Origin: Harriotta raleighana
Lineage: Eukaryota
Direction: 5' to 3'
NCBI GenBank assembly: GCA_050575255.1
Contig: JBNZDD010013726.1
Coordinates: forward strand, 11,544,965-11,608,964
DNA: 64,000 nucleotides
The position numbers and the translations under genes were made by a program. Position 1 is the first letter of the stretch; every line of letters begins with the position of its first letter. The notes beneath the pieces were generated by a model, which worked only from the letters and a program-made list of their open reading frames with translations, had not been told where the DNA came from and searched no databases. This document shows, piece after piece, positions 1 through 13,575 of this stretch.

Positions 1-501
1 ACCCAATCTCTGGATCACGTTGTAGGTCGAGACAGGAAGTTATTAGTAACAGAGGCTGTGGTTTGATGGGGACAGGATGAGGGAGATGTGCTTTGAGATG
101 TCGAAAAGATGTGGCTAGTGCTATATCAAATGCAAAGATTATTATTATTATATTATTTGCAACTGCTGCTATTGTTAAATTGACTGATTTATAGCTCTTT
201 GATCTTGACAGCAAGTTTCAGCTCTGTGCTTTCATAATTTCCTTCATTTGTTCAAAGGTGAAGCAAATTCTTAACAAAATTCTACTGCGACAAGTTATAG
301 TGTTGCTCGTAATAATAGTAGTAACAGCAATCGGGAGAATGTCTCAAAGTGATTCACGGGATTCACTGTGGAGTTTAGTGACTGTGTATTTTCTCGGCAA
401 ATTCTTTGCTTTCAAGTTGAGTAATGTAAAAGGACTTTTGTTTATTTAAGCACACGAGGAGCATGTATTCCAATTTATACTTTTCTTTTGATTATTTTCA
501 G

Positions 502-556
502 CACAATCCAAAGAAGATGAGTAAAGGGCCTACTCTCTTCTCATGTGGAGTTATGG
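502..556 (+). CDS. FAM53B: FAM53B internal coding exon (55 nt; HNPKKMSKGPTLFSCGVM + first base of D)
   Basis: Acceptor ttttcag ends at 501 and donor gtaagt starts at 557. Translation resembles the recalled vertebrate FAM53B segment HTPKKMSQGPTLFSCGIM. The phase-1 end joins the next exon in frame. Too short for the ORF track. Confidence 0.93.
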
Positions 557-1223
557 GTAAGTGTTAGCACTGTAATCTGTGTTGTGATTGGCGGTAATTG
601 ATACAAATTCATCTTACGCTGTATCATTAATCACCTTGTAGGGGACAGCACAGTACAAGGGTAGTGTGAGCATCATTTGACACCCTGCGACAGGTACCCT
701 AACTCCAAAGGCAAATTATTGGAGGTACTGAAGGTGAAAGGGTAGGTCAATGGGATAAAAAGACCTTCCAATATCCAAATAAATTGCTGGTACAAGGCTC
801 GATGGAACAAATGGCCTCATTCTCCTGTTTTCCAATGTTCCTATGTACAGTACTGTCAACCATCTGTGGCCTCTGGTGTCACGGTTTCTGGATTGGTGAC
901 AGAAACTTGTTACATTAAAGAGATTTTCCGTTCTTAAAATGCACCCCAGAGAGTCTGGCTTGAGGATAAATGTCTGAAGTTATTTTTAGTGTGTTTGAAT
1001 CAGTGCCCAAAAAGATGAGGATCTACATAATGTGTCCCGAGCATTGGAACGTAGGAACAGGAGTCAGCCATTCAGCCCCTCAAGCCTGTCCTCCTATTAT
1101 ATTAGATCATGGCTGATTTGCACCTCAACTTCAATTGAATCGTGAGCTAATCTTCTCAATACCATAGATCCTGTGGATTTGCCAATACTTGGCTGGTGGA
1201 TGTCAACAAGTGTTGCTGCTGTT

Positions 1224-1346
1224 CTCTTCGACCGCGCTTTTGGTCACCTTTCTGCCCCTGGCTCGGTCCCGGGATCCGCTGTTGTGAAGCGCTCTGAGAC
1301 GCCATCCGGCGTGGAGGGCGCTATACAAATCGATGTTGTTGTTGTT
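1224..1346 (+). mobile_element. L2-clade LINE 3' end
   Basis: ctcttcgaccgcgcttttgg...gtgaagcgctctgagacg...gggcgctatacaaat plus a (GTT)n tail. Confidence 0.78.
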
Positions 1347-4154
1347 ACCTCAGCCTTTCAGAGAGCTGCGTTGGCAAAGATCTGGGTGAGGACTTGATCG
1401 TATCCTGTCACTTTTCTCCTCTGTAAGGAATAGTATTATTATTATTATTATTATAAGTAAGGAATAGTAGGTCAATGAGAGAGTCTTAACTAAGTGGGAG
1501 AAACAACTTACAATATAATAAGGGTGTCAGGGAAATAAAGAAACCAATCATTTGGTGGAAGGTCTCGAAATTCCAGTCACCGAAGGCAGTAGTTCATGAA
1601 GCTAGGAGGTGTGAAGTTTTGGCATGCTATCAATAGCATTACCCATGCACAGAATGAGCCGAATCAGCAAACTCTCCCACTACTCGTGTCTCTAACGTTC
1701 TCTTAAAGGGGCTGACGGGGGATTTTAAGATTGAATCAGCCACAGTTGTAATCTTTCAAACGCAATTGTAAATCAGTTTGATTGAACAACGATTCAGATA
1801 CTTGCCTTAATCTCATTCTATGTCTACCGAGCGAGGAGACGCCTGATAAACTGAATTTTTTTCACGATAAGAGAGCTTGTATGAAAAGTACATTGTTAAA
1901 ATTATCCCACGAAAGTTCTTGTGAAGACTGCAGCCTTTCAGATGTGATAATAATAACAACAACAGTCCTTTGCGTTTGATACAGCGCCTTATCACATCGT
2001 TGATATATACTGTAAAGTGGAGTATTGTAAAGTGGAGTGAGTATTTTGAAACGCAGAAGGCAATGACACACAGCAGTTTCCTACAAATACAGAAGTCTCA
2101 GGTCCTTTTTTTAAAAAAAAACACACAGGAGACAGAGAAAGTGGGAGAGCTGAGTGATATTTAGCTGAGCGATCTTTATGCCAAGAATTTGGAATGATAT
2201 TTTAGCACGCCAGATTTTGCACACGTCCTTGCTTAATGGAATTCTGTTTTCGGTTCCTAGAAGCCAGTGACTATCAGATGATGTGTTATTTGTTTTATTA
2301 TTAATTTCCGCCCTCCACTATTGATGGGATATTTCGCCCCCACTGTTATGTCCTTTAATGACCTACCATATCTCACTGGGTGGTGGGGGGAATGAATTAA
2401 AAGTACACAAGGTCTTTCCAGCAATGTAGCTGTTCTGTGACCCCAGTGGTGGAACTGGAAACCAAGCAGCTTAATGGGTTACTATAGTGAGTGGCCTGGA
2501 TGGGTTGGAGCAGTGAAATCCCACTGGGAGAAGTACATGGTTATTTGGTGATAGTCTTCTTATAAACCCTCGTACTGTGTTAACACAGCTGCTGCGTAAT
2601 CAGGATTGTGCTGGACTTGCATTCTCAACAGAATATGAGATGCCAATTGGTAAGTTGGTAGATCATGATACTCTTGTGTGTTTGCAAGGCAGCAGGCTGT
2701 ACAGTATTGCTAAAATACAGTGACCACCAGTCACTAATGATCTCATTTCTTAAAGCTGATATACTGTACTTTTATCGTTCCTGTTTTATGGGAATACCTT
2801 ACAACCCGTTCTACATTCTGACGATCGGGATCTGACTCCAGTGGAGAACCTCCACTTGTGTGTGATATTACGTTTAATAAAAGAACCCATGATATTATTC
2901 AATCAGGGGGAATAGAGAAAGAAAGGGAGTCTTTTCCAGGGTTCTGGCCAACAATCCTCCAGTTATTGTTCATGCGCTATCTGGTTGCTATTGAGACATT
3001 GCTGTAAGCAAGTTGGCTGCCATGTTTGCCTTCAAACACAGTCACTATATATATATATTTATATTACGAAAGCTCTATGAAGTGTTTTGAGAAGTATTGA
3101 TGTGATGAGATGTTATATCAAATGCAAGGATTGTTATTATCATGGCTGTTAGTCATTGCTGTGAACATGACTGTGAGCAAATTACCACGTTTCACCCGTA
3201 AAATGCACAGTCACTCCACTTTGCAGTATATATCCTGTGAAGATCTCACTGAGGCGTCTCGACGACGTGTTAAGGAGCTTGTAGCTAATAATAATAATCA
3301 TAATCCTTGCATTTGATATAGCTCTTTTCATGTCTTCTAGACATCTCAAAGTGCTTTACAGAACATACTGTAAAGTGAATCTAACTATATACTGTACATA
3401 CTGCAAGGTTTACTATCTCAATCAGCAGCAAGAGTAACACATGCATTCAGTGAAGCTGACTGCATCACATTTTCTTGTTGCGACATATGCATAACACTGA
3501 AAACTGCCAGTAAACACACTTGTCACTCCGGGTAGAAGCAGATACATGAGGCAAAGACCACGAACGCTCCTAAAGCAACAACCTCTGTGTCAACAAGATT
3601 GTTTGTATTCTGCGGAGCACGGATAAGTTACTGCAATGTTTTATAACCCTGTCATCTTTAGTTGTGAGGTTTGACTCTCGCACATCCAACCGCATATTTG
3701 CGAAGTGCCACAGCTCCATCCTTGCTCTGAGCAAAGGAACATTTACTAAGCAGAAGTTCAAAGTGGAGGGGAGGTGTGGTGGGGGCGGTGGGGGGAAGGA
3801 GGGCAGTTCACATCCTGGACTGGACACAGCCAGAAAGTGTATTTCACTCCGGGCCAGTTTGTCAGTTCAGCAAAACAGAATGTTTTCTGTCAAATAAATT
3901 TGCGAGATGTTTCACAGAACCTGAAATTATTATTTTTAGCTTTCAGCCATTTCGGTCCTTTCTTGGGTTTGTTTTTGCTCTTTTTTTGCCCTTTAAACCT
4001 CTGGTTCTAGCACCAAGAACTGTTTAAGGAAAGCCTTGAATTTATTTAACTGGAGTGGCTTAGGCCCCAGCATACTGTAGAGAAAAGTATTTGAATCCTT
4101 TCAGAATCATTTTGTTCAGTGATTAGTGTTCCCTGTAACTTGTCAATGTAAAAT

Positions 4155-4345
4155 TATTCAATTTTGTGGGACACTGCTATGCACTATTGGTTGCTGTGTT
4201 TCGCCTACAAAATACAGTCAATCCACTTTACAATATATTCTGTAAAGCGCTTTGAGGCGCTTAGCAACAAAATGATAAGGTGCTACATGAAATGCTAGGA
4301 TTAGAAGACATAAAAAGCACTATATCAAATGCAAGGTTTATTATA
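4155..4345 (+). mobile_element. 5'-truncated SINE
   Basis: tttgtgggacactgctatgcac...aaatacagtcaatccactttac...tatatcaaatgcaagg. Confidence 0.75.
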
Positions 4346-6885
4346 ATTCATAATAATTTGTCGTATTCCTATCACTTGCCTTCTGACTCCTTGCAAATGA
4401 TTTTGTGGCATTTGTTTTATTAAAAAAAAACACTCAGCTTTGCTCTTTGGTTAGAAAAGTAAACTGGGCAATTTATTTTTCTTAAATTTGCGTTGCTCTT
4501 GGAAGTGTAAATAAACTGAATTTTAATCTAAATTTCTCAAACCGAGCTCTGTTCTACAGTGCCCAGACTTTCCAAACTGCTCCAGTTTTGCCTCCTATCC
4601 TGAACATGATATAAAACACTTTGCTATTCATTAACAGTGAATTGGTTGATTCCCTTCGAGTGCACATTCTTTGTCTGTAGCCAGCCATGAGATGGCATCC
4701 CTTGCTTCTTCCTCTCAATTCCATACTTAATTGTAAAGGGGGGTATGTTAGTTTGATACACGATTTTCAATCAAAAAATCTTTTAAGAGTGATTTCTACT
4801 GTGGAGTTTTCTCCGAAGGTAAGCTGGTGTTTGCTTACTTACTGCACAAACCCACTGCCGTTGTAGTGACCCATTGCTCACCTTTCCACTCCAGTTCCTG
4901 CTCACAATACTGGTGCCCCAGAACACAGTGTAACACTCGTTGACTTGAAAATGTTGGCATGTCTCAATTTACGTCAATGCCATGTACTGATGGACGCGGA
5001 TTGTGTAGATGAGCTGAAAATCCGGCCGTCTGATGAACGAATGCCATGCCTTTGTGACCGAGGAATAGCTCTGCGAATTCCATATTTAATCGCTATTTTA
5101 ATTACTGATTTTCAAGGGGGTACTCGATCGTTTCTGCCTACTAGGGTGCATGCTGCTCAAATGACAACACGGGGAGTTAGCAAAGTTCTTCGGCCTTCAT
5201 TAAAGGTTACTTAAATGAATAAAAATTGCAAATTAAATCACCATTGCTATTTGCAAAAATGGCCCATTAAACCTGTAGCATCAACACAACAATGGATGTC
5301 TGTGGCATGATAAATAGCTTGACGCCTGAGCCCGTTGTAACCTACTCATGATGTGGAACGACTCCTGAGCATTTGCCAGATCACCCGAAAACATCATCTC
5401 ACACAGTCGTTCATGAGTGTGTGTTAAACAATTTCTTTCCGTTGGATGAGAAGCAATAGGTTTCTAAGTGCCTCTTTTGTGAGGTTTTCCACAGAACCAC
5501 GCTGTGCATTGCGGTGTGGCACTTTGAAGAGGGCACAGCTTAGATATCGGTATAAACAGTGGATGAAGGCCACCATCTGATGACTGAAATACCGCCCGGT
5601 TTTAATCGGGCAGCTTTTCCCTCGACCCTTAAGAATTGTGGAAAATTCTCAATCTTAGCGTCCATTTGGAAGATGATTCTAAAAATCAGCTTCCAAACTA
5701 AACTGAAAGCAAAGATTTTCTACAATTTTCCGTTTCCTTAATGTCGAAATCTCGCAGGCTAAGACTAAATCGAGGTTTGGGTCTCTGTTGCTTGAAGGGG
5801 AAGTGTCTTCCATCTGCAACAACAACAAAATGACGTGTTTCACGCATTTCACGTTGGCAGGAAATCTCAAGGCGCTGAAGGAAGATTAGTATATTGATCA
5901 TCTCGTAGTCACTTCTTGCTCTATTTGATGCTTTGAACTCTATACAGTATAAATGTACCATCTGGAAGCAGATATTTTGTGTAGAACATCTGCTCCGATA
6001 TTGCGAATGTGGAAGACTTATCAGTATTTTTGAAACAAAGGCACAAGGTGTAATATCTCCCATTGATGATGGGACAGTTGTTAGTTGACTGTATTTTCCC
6101 TTTAAATAAAAAGGCTTTTCCAAAAATGTTTAAACCCGATTTTAAAAGGAATAATATTCTGTACCTCTGTGTGTTGGCGTTGTTGCTGGCTGAACGTCCA
6201 ATACCTTAGGCTTTATTATAGACGGATTCAAAAGTATAAAATAACTTGGCATGTCTGTCCCACACACAGTGGTGGATGGAATGACCAAATTATTATTGTA
6301 AGATCGGTGATAGGATTCTGCACATGTTAAGACACCCAGCTGCTCCCCCTACCCCCCCGCCCCCACCCCCCCCCCCGCCCCCAACCCTCCCCACCCACCA
6401 AAACAAAGTGCAGTGACTAGCTGATGGACCTATTTGTGTGTATCTTTTTAACGGGTCAAAAGTCAGGTCAAGGTTAGAATGAACAAACTGCCTGGATTGG
6501 GGTTGAGTTGCCCCGATTTCCTTTAATCAAATCACTTAACTATTTTTTATTTANAAGTCAGGTCAAGGTTAGAATGAACAAACTGCCTGGATTGGGGTTG
6601 AGTTGCCCCGATTTCCTTTAATCAAATCACTTAACTATTTAAAAAAAATTTTTTTTTTGCAAAGTTGAGAGAGAATAAGTTAAGTCACTGTAGATCTGAA
6701 AGATAGAATTGAATGAAGATTCTTGTACTGTATACGAACAAGCGGGCGAGCTACAGGAAGAAAATAATCCCCGCAGACCCTTTTGTGCTGCTGAAACGCT
6801 AACTGAAGCCTATTTGTTTGTTTGTTTGTGTGTTGGTTTATGTATTTATCCCGGTTCCATTTTTTTGTTTTTGTTTTTTGCAAAG

Positions 6886-7667
6886 ACGGTAACCGGTGGA
6901 GAGAACTCAGGGAATGTCAGATTGAGCTGGAGCAAACGTCCTGCAATCGGGATCCGCCATGGACATGTTTAGCTGGTTCGGAAGAGAGTCCAGAGAGTGG
7001 CCTGTGGTCGAGGGATGCCAACACAGCAGGCGCGGTGACCAGTTTAATCAAAGATCTCAGCCTCAGCGACCACAATGGAAACCCTTTGGCCCCTCCCAGC
7101 AAACGTCAGTGTCGGTCGCTGTCTTTCTCGGACGAACTGTCCAGCTGCCGGTCTCCCTGGAAGCCCAGCGGCTCAAAGGTGTGGACCTCGGTCGACAAGA
7201 GACGCTGCCACAGCGGAGGGAGCGTGCAGGGCTGTTCCAATGGGGTCTCGATGATACAGAGGAGCTCCAGCTTCAGTCTGCCTTCAAGATCCAATGTCTT
7301 TTCTCTGTCGTGCGACCCAGCGGTTTTCAGCAGCAGGTCTGTGGGCCCACAAGGCCAGGGGTTCTGGGTCTCGCCGGCTTGTGGAGAGTTCGAAGAAGGC
7401 CTGCTCGGCGGCTCCAACCAAGGCCAGGCTTACAGAGCCGACCTGCTGAGGCCACTGTCCCTGTCGCACGAGCAGATCTCCGCCCTGGAGTTCAGCCTGC
7501 CGTCCACACCCGCCTCGGCCTCCCAACTCGCCCAACAGACCAGCAGGTTGCTCCGATGCAGGTCTCAACCCTGCGTCCTGAACGATCAGAAAATCGGGAT
7601 GAAGCGACGCAGGCCGGAGCAAATTCAGGAGCAAAGACCGTCCCTGGACCTCGCCAAGATGACTCAG
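6886..7667 (+). CDS. FAM53B: FAM53B large coding exon (782 nt)
   Basis: Lies within ORF 6822..7673. A T-rich tract ending in caaag precedes it and donor gtatga follows at 7668. Encodes FAM53 motifs AVTSLIKDLSLSDHNGNP, APPSKRQCRSLSFSDE, GSKVWT, KRRCHSGGSVQ, QRSSSFSLP, RSQPCVLND, KRRRP and RPSLDLAKM. Confidence 0.97.
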
Positions 7668-9429
7668 GTATGAGGTATCCATGAGTAGATTTTTTAACCT
7701 AACGCGTAGATTTTTTTTCTCTTTCACTTTCTTTACCTCATGCCCTAGTGAAGTGTGCAAAATCATCGTAGAATTTTACAAGTTGGCTTGGTGGAATCTG
7801 TTGTGGAGGCTTTTTTCTTTTAACTCCCATCGCAAAAAGTCCCAGTGTTCGGGTAGGTTCATACCACGAGTGTCCCCCACTGACGAACGTGTATCATGAA
7901 GACATCACATGAGGACACGGCCTGACTTATGCATCAAAGTTTTAAGTCCCAGGTAAAGCAGCTAAATCAGTCACCCGACATTTGCACTCACAATCGAGTG
8001 CTTGAGGAAGAGAATTCATTCATGGACAATTCTATTGTAAAATTCAGGAGAGAACCTGGATCCATCCTATTTTGCTGCTGTTGTTCTAGGGTTCTTGTGT
8101 GCCCCCCGGGGGGGGAATCGATCTGAGAAAATACATTACTGAGAAATCATGAAGGACAATTCTCTCTCTCTTTCTCTCCCATCTTTCATTTCAATCCTCG
8201 TTGACTGCTATCAGCAGATGAAGGAAATTTACCTCCAAATGCTTCAGGGCAAGGCTGACCCACTTTCTGTGGAAGTTGCACACAATCTAAATATTACTCC
8301 ATGTACCCAAGTTTATAATTGACATGTTTCTGTTAGATTTTTCACGATGCACCCATACATTCAAGCGCTTCAAGCACGTCTATAACATTCAGCTTAGTCC
8401 AAAGCTGAACTTCGGAGTTTGGGTTGAGTCCTCTGAAGCTAAAGTGAGACTTTGGGGAAAAACCTGGAGTGGAGGGAGGAGGGTTTGATTGAAGGCTGGA
8501 AATCACCTTAGACCTGTTCGTAGGGACTGAATTTAGGAAGTCTCCCCAATTCTGCCGCATCGTAATGGTTACCCACAAATTGGTCTTGTGAGTCAAGGCG
8601 AGGAAAAACTTTGGGGCTTTAGAATGAATAATTTTCAACATGTCTCCTCTGTTAACATTGCAGTATTTTATTGTCTTGGTTATCAGTTGTTTTGACAATT
8701 GATTCACGGAGCTATGAAACATGTTTTCAATTGGGAAGTGTATGTTTTTTTTTACAAGACCATCGCGGAGAAAGCGATGTGACAAAACGGACAAAAAGCA
8801 TTTTCATTGAAATGATTTGTTCCCCCAGCGGAATAATGGACTCAAACATTTTCAATAATACACTCACCTGTTTTACAGTGAAATACACTTGCGCGGTTCC
8901 TTTATGTGTGGGAAGATAGTCGTTATGCTTATGAGTGGATGTTACCAGTCAATTACCCCTCTCTTTGTGCCCGATCCCTGTTCACAGCAGCTGCATTTCA
9001 TGGAGCCAAGGTTAGGAACACAAAAGATTTGCGAGCCCACAAACAGAAAAAAGGGGGCTTTCAAATCAATACCGTCGGTGTGAGGTTTCTGTGGAACTCC
9101 TTAGGAAACATATTGCTTTCCTTATCACACAAAACAGAAATGGGCGGAATTGTCAAGTAATCAATTTCCCTGACCTTTAGAATACGTCTCAGGCTGTTCT
9201 GATGGCAATTGAGTTGGGAGAGGCCTGGTTGAGAAATATTTGAGTGACTATTTAACTTGTGTCCGTATGAAAGCATTAACACGGTCAACTATGTGGGTGG
9301 GGGCTGGTGTAAGACGTGTGAATGTGAGATGTCATTGACGCACTATAGAAGGGACGACATTACAACTTGGAAATTTTTAATTGGTTCAAAAGAACAATCC
9401 ATATTTGGGAGTAAAAGTTCCCATTCTGT

Positions 9430-10110
9430 CTACCTGAGACACGATGAGATGTTAAGCTGAGAGAGATCTCGAATCTGCCGGTTTAGGTGGACATCAAAAA
9501 GAGAAGGGAGTTTTCCAGGTGAAAATATTCCTGGCTAACAATCCCCCGAATAAGATCGGCCTAATAATAATCCCTCCAAAAAAAAACACAATAATAAAAT
9601 TGGTCATTTCAATCCACGACTGTTTGTGTGGGGGGGGGGGGGGGGAATGCTACTGTGNNNNNNNNNNNNNNNNNNNNNNNNNNNNNNNNNNNNNNNNNNN
9701 NNNNNNNNNNNNNNNNNNNNNNNNNNNNNNNNNNNNNNNNNNNNNNNNNNNNNNNNNNNNNNNNNNNNNNNNNNNNNNNNNNNNNNNNNNNNNNNNNNNN
9801 NNNNNNNNNNNNNNNNNNNNNNNNNNNNNNNNNNNNNNNNNNNNNNNNNNNNNNNNNNNNNNNNNNNNNNNNNNNNNNNNNNNNNNNNNNNNNNNNNNNN
9901 NNNNNNNNNNNNNNNNNNNNNNNNNNNNNNNNNNNNNNNNNNNNNNNNNNNNNNGGGGGGGGGACGCTGCTGTGCGCAATTGGCTGCCGCGTTCCTCCTA
10001 CAAATATACAGTCAATTCACTTTACAATATATTCTGTGAAGCGCTTTGGGACGTTGATAAGATGTGAAAAGCACTATATCAAATGCAAGGATTATTATTA
10101 TTATTATTAT
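9430..10110 (+). mobile_element. DeuSINE-family sequence spanning the assembly gap 9658-9954
   Basis: Left side has gatgagatgttaa...cctggctaacaatcccc (Deu-like) then ttggtcatttcaatccacgactgtttgtg. Right side resumes at gggacgctgctgtgcgcaattggc and runs to a (TTA)n tail. Confidence 0.78.
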
Positions 10111-11474
10111 ATTCACTTTGTGGCTGCTTGTGAAGCATTGCTGTTTGCGAATTGGCTGCTTGCATTATTTGCATTTGCATACAAGGACACAGTCACTACA
10201 CTTTACAGTAAATCCGACAAACGTGTTTCGAGACCCCTTCCTGATGTGAAAGGCAGTGCATATCAAATGCAGGTTTTCCTATTATTTACCTGTCATTTTT
10301 GCAGCTGAATCATGGTTCCATTTGTGCAAGAGGTTTATAGCACAGGAGCCTGGTAGTTACAATCCCAAATCCACAAGGTGCTCTCGTTCTCTCTCTCTCT
10401 CTCTCTCTTGCGCTGAAACAGTGAATTGTCAAGCACCCGCCTCAAAGAAAAGTTTATCTGCTGACTGACATGAACACGAGCCACAGCAAACTGTGTCAGA
10501 TCTAGAGTAGCATCCTCTTTCACTCTTGTAGGTGGGTCCAGTTTCAACCCAGACCGTGTTCCACCCAAAGTCCTGAGGCACAGCTGGCTGGCAGTGCAAG
10601 CTCGGACAGTCACCTGGCTTCTCCAAACGCTGATCCCTGGCTTTCAGGAAGTGATGAGGATTATTTTATATCCTAGAGAAATCGTTTGGCCAAACTTTGG
10701 CCAGAGGAAGCTTGTTGAGACTGCTGTCTCTCCCTGTGGAGTCCAACATAATTCCTGCTTGAGTCAGGCTAAGGCATCAAAGTCATTTCCTTTCTGATTT
10801 TTTTTCCATGAAAGTTTGTTGCACATTAATGGCCCCGTTGGCCTCCTTTTGCTTTTATGAGTCGAGCCAATTTACTGACCCAGTAAATGCTTGGAATATG
10901 TTATTTCATTGCATTGACAATCAAATAAATATACTTGTGTTAGAATAAATTAATGTTGCTGTTGAGATCCTGGACTATTAGAGATTTCCCCGAGTGTGAG
11001 GCTCGAGCTTTGGATCGTCTGCACAACATCGTCCTGAGTTTCAGAGGTCCCCATATTTTGAGTCACTTCTGTCCTCTTGAGAACAAAATGCAATGGGGTT
11101 TTCTTTCGTAGCCTTTTTCCCCCTCTCCTCTTCCTGAAGTATCTTGTTGGTCTAAGCCTCTAAGTAAGGCAATTGTTAAGTATCTGTCCCAAGAGATTGA
11201 GCAGCATCGAGATAGTGAGTGTCAGGAGATGATTTGGTCTTGGAAGGCATCATGTTGAGGCTGATTCCTGTTCTCTCCTGACAGGTTTAAAATTCTAGAT
11301 AGTGTGCAAATTGGCTGGAGAGTTTGCCTGCAAAATATATAGCCACTGCTATAATAATGTCTTGATTGTATTCCAAAATATTCCATCAAATGTAAAGATT
11401 ATTATTATTTTCCAAAATTAACCACAACTGTAAGACCAAATATCCTTACAGGCTAAGTCTAGGTGGAAAAAAAA

Positions 11475-11660
11475 ATTGGTCACTCAGTCCATGACTGTTT
11501 ATGGGATACTGTGGAGGGAGGGATGCAATTAATTGGCTGCCGCATTTCACCTACAAAACATACAGTCAACCAACTTTAGAGTATATTCCGTGAAACGCTT
11601 TGAGACGTCTAGAAGCCGTGAAAAGACGCTGCATCAAATGTGAAAATGATTATTAATTAG
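11475..11660 (+). mobile_element. 5'-truncated SINE
   Basis: Family core and 3' end (aattggctgccgcatttcacc...gctttgagacgtctagaag). Confidence 0.75.
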
Positions 11661-13394
11661 GGAGCTCGGCCTCAATCGAGACTCGGGGTTACCAGGGAAT
11701 AATAATAATAATCCTCGCCTTTGATATTTGTTATCTGACGGGTTCTGATACTGACTGCTTTAACTTGGGTGTCGTACGCGGCTCTCGACGGATTCTTGGC
11801 TGTAGAACTGAGCGTAAGTTGTGAGATAGGCAGTGAGCATCGGAATGAAACACCACCATTCTGGGCAAACTGAGTAACATTTGGTGGGCAGCTGCCAGAT
11901 TTTTTTTTCCTCTCTTAAGCTATTTATATACTTTTAATGTTGGAATGATATCAAGGTTAATGTGAGTGGCAGCTTCTGGCTGGTGACTTTGCCAGATTCC
12001 AGCTGCACTGACCTACAGTACATTGACCACACAGGCTTCACATTTCATGGCTTATATAATACCAACAATTCCTGCTTTATTTCTACACACCTGAAATCTA
12101 GGCCTAACGTGTATGTATATCATCACCAAAAAAAATTTAACACCCTCTCCCCCCCCACCCACCCCAGAGATTGAAGAGATTTGTAAAATGTCTTTAAACA
12201 TAATACCGGATCCATTTGTGCAGTGTGTATATTGGGGGTAATCTTCCAAATGCTTGCAATATTCCTTTGCTACAGATCTTCTGGTCAGTTTCGTGAATTC
12301 TGACTCAACAGCAGTCTCTTGTTAACATGTGCTGATTCGAAAGCGGAACTGCCCGAGAACCACGCACCAGCAATAAAATGGAAGCAGTGTTTATATATTT
12401 TTAAAAGAAGTAACTCACAGAAATATAAATGCCCCGTCTGCAGTCAGAGGTTTGGCTTCTCTGGGTAGTTGGCAACAAAGGGAAAAGTTTAAATAACTCA
12501 GTCTTTGGTTCTGCTGATGGGGGATGGATTAATCCCACAAAATATATATTTTCGATTAATTCACTTTCCAGTATATTCTGTGAAGACGCGATAAGGCGCT
12601 CTTGACAAATGAAAGGATTATCGTTACTGTATTATTACATAAACCCGCCTGACGTATTGGGATCTGTCTTAGTCTGATTATTAAACCTAGAATTTGGAAA
12701 TGTGACTATGAAGATCTAAAGAAACAATTGCTCCTTTTTACCTGTGGGTGTAGGAGAGACCCTGATGTCTCCATGGCTTATCCCAAATGCTCGAAGATTT
12801 AAAGCAAGGGGAAATTCATTACATTTCCAAAATATTCCATTTGAATTGGAAGCTTGTCAGAAATGGTGAAGTAGGACTGTGTTTTTTTTTCTGTGAATTC
12901 CTTTTCTGTGAATAAAATGTTGTGGGAAAGCAAGTTATTCACTGAACAGGAACTGTCTGTAGCAACTCCGAAATCTGGACAGAATAGAAAGGGCTTATGT
13001 GCAGAGTTATCGGAGTGAATCTGATGCATCAAGTTTACAATTGCCTGAGGGGGTGGGGGTGGGAGAAGGTGGGGGGGGGGGGGGTGTTTGGAAGTGTGTC
13101 ACATGCAATTTCATATCGAATGATCCGTAAAATGGGAACATTTTGATAAAAACTGGAATCTCTCCACNGGGGGGGGGGGGGGGGGGGGGTGTTTGGAAGT
13201 GTGTCACATGCAATTTCATATCAAATGATCCGTAAAATGGGAAAAGTTTGATTAAAAACTGGAATTTCTCCACCTGATTTTGATGCTAAATGTCAAGTGT
13301 GACATTTGATCGTTACGAAAGGCCTTTATAGATGCGCTTCTTCGAGTGTGTGTGTATGTGTGGGCACCACAGTAAGAGTGTATTTGAATATACT

Positions 13395-13575
13395 TAATAA
13401 TTTGGTCACTCAATCCACGACTGTTCGAGGGGCACTGTTGCTGTACAATCGGCTGCTGCTTTTCACCCACAAAATATAAAGTCAACGTAGTTTACGATAT
13501 ATTCTGTGAAGCGTTTTTGAGGAGTCTCCTAAGACATAATCAGGCACGATCTCAAATGCAAGGATTATTATTACA
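13395..13575 (+). mobile_element. 5'-truncated SINE
   Basis: ttggtcactcaatccacgactg...caaatgcaaggattattatta. Confidence 0.75.

Noticed and set aside
6959-7766. Overlapping alternative-frame and antisense ORFs (241 aa on +, 160 aa and 103 aa on -) over the FAM53B exon
   Set aside because: These are expected shadows of a GC-rich coding exon and contain no recognisable motifs.
9519-10308. Long ORFs crossing N gaps (also 34220-35151 and 46503-46874)
   Set aside because: Their length comes from untranslatable N runs, and the flanks are repeats or G-runs. The 9658-9954 gap appears to split one SINE with overlapping ends.
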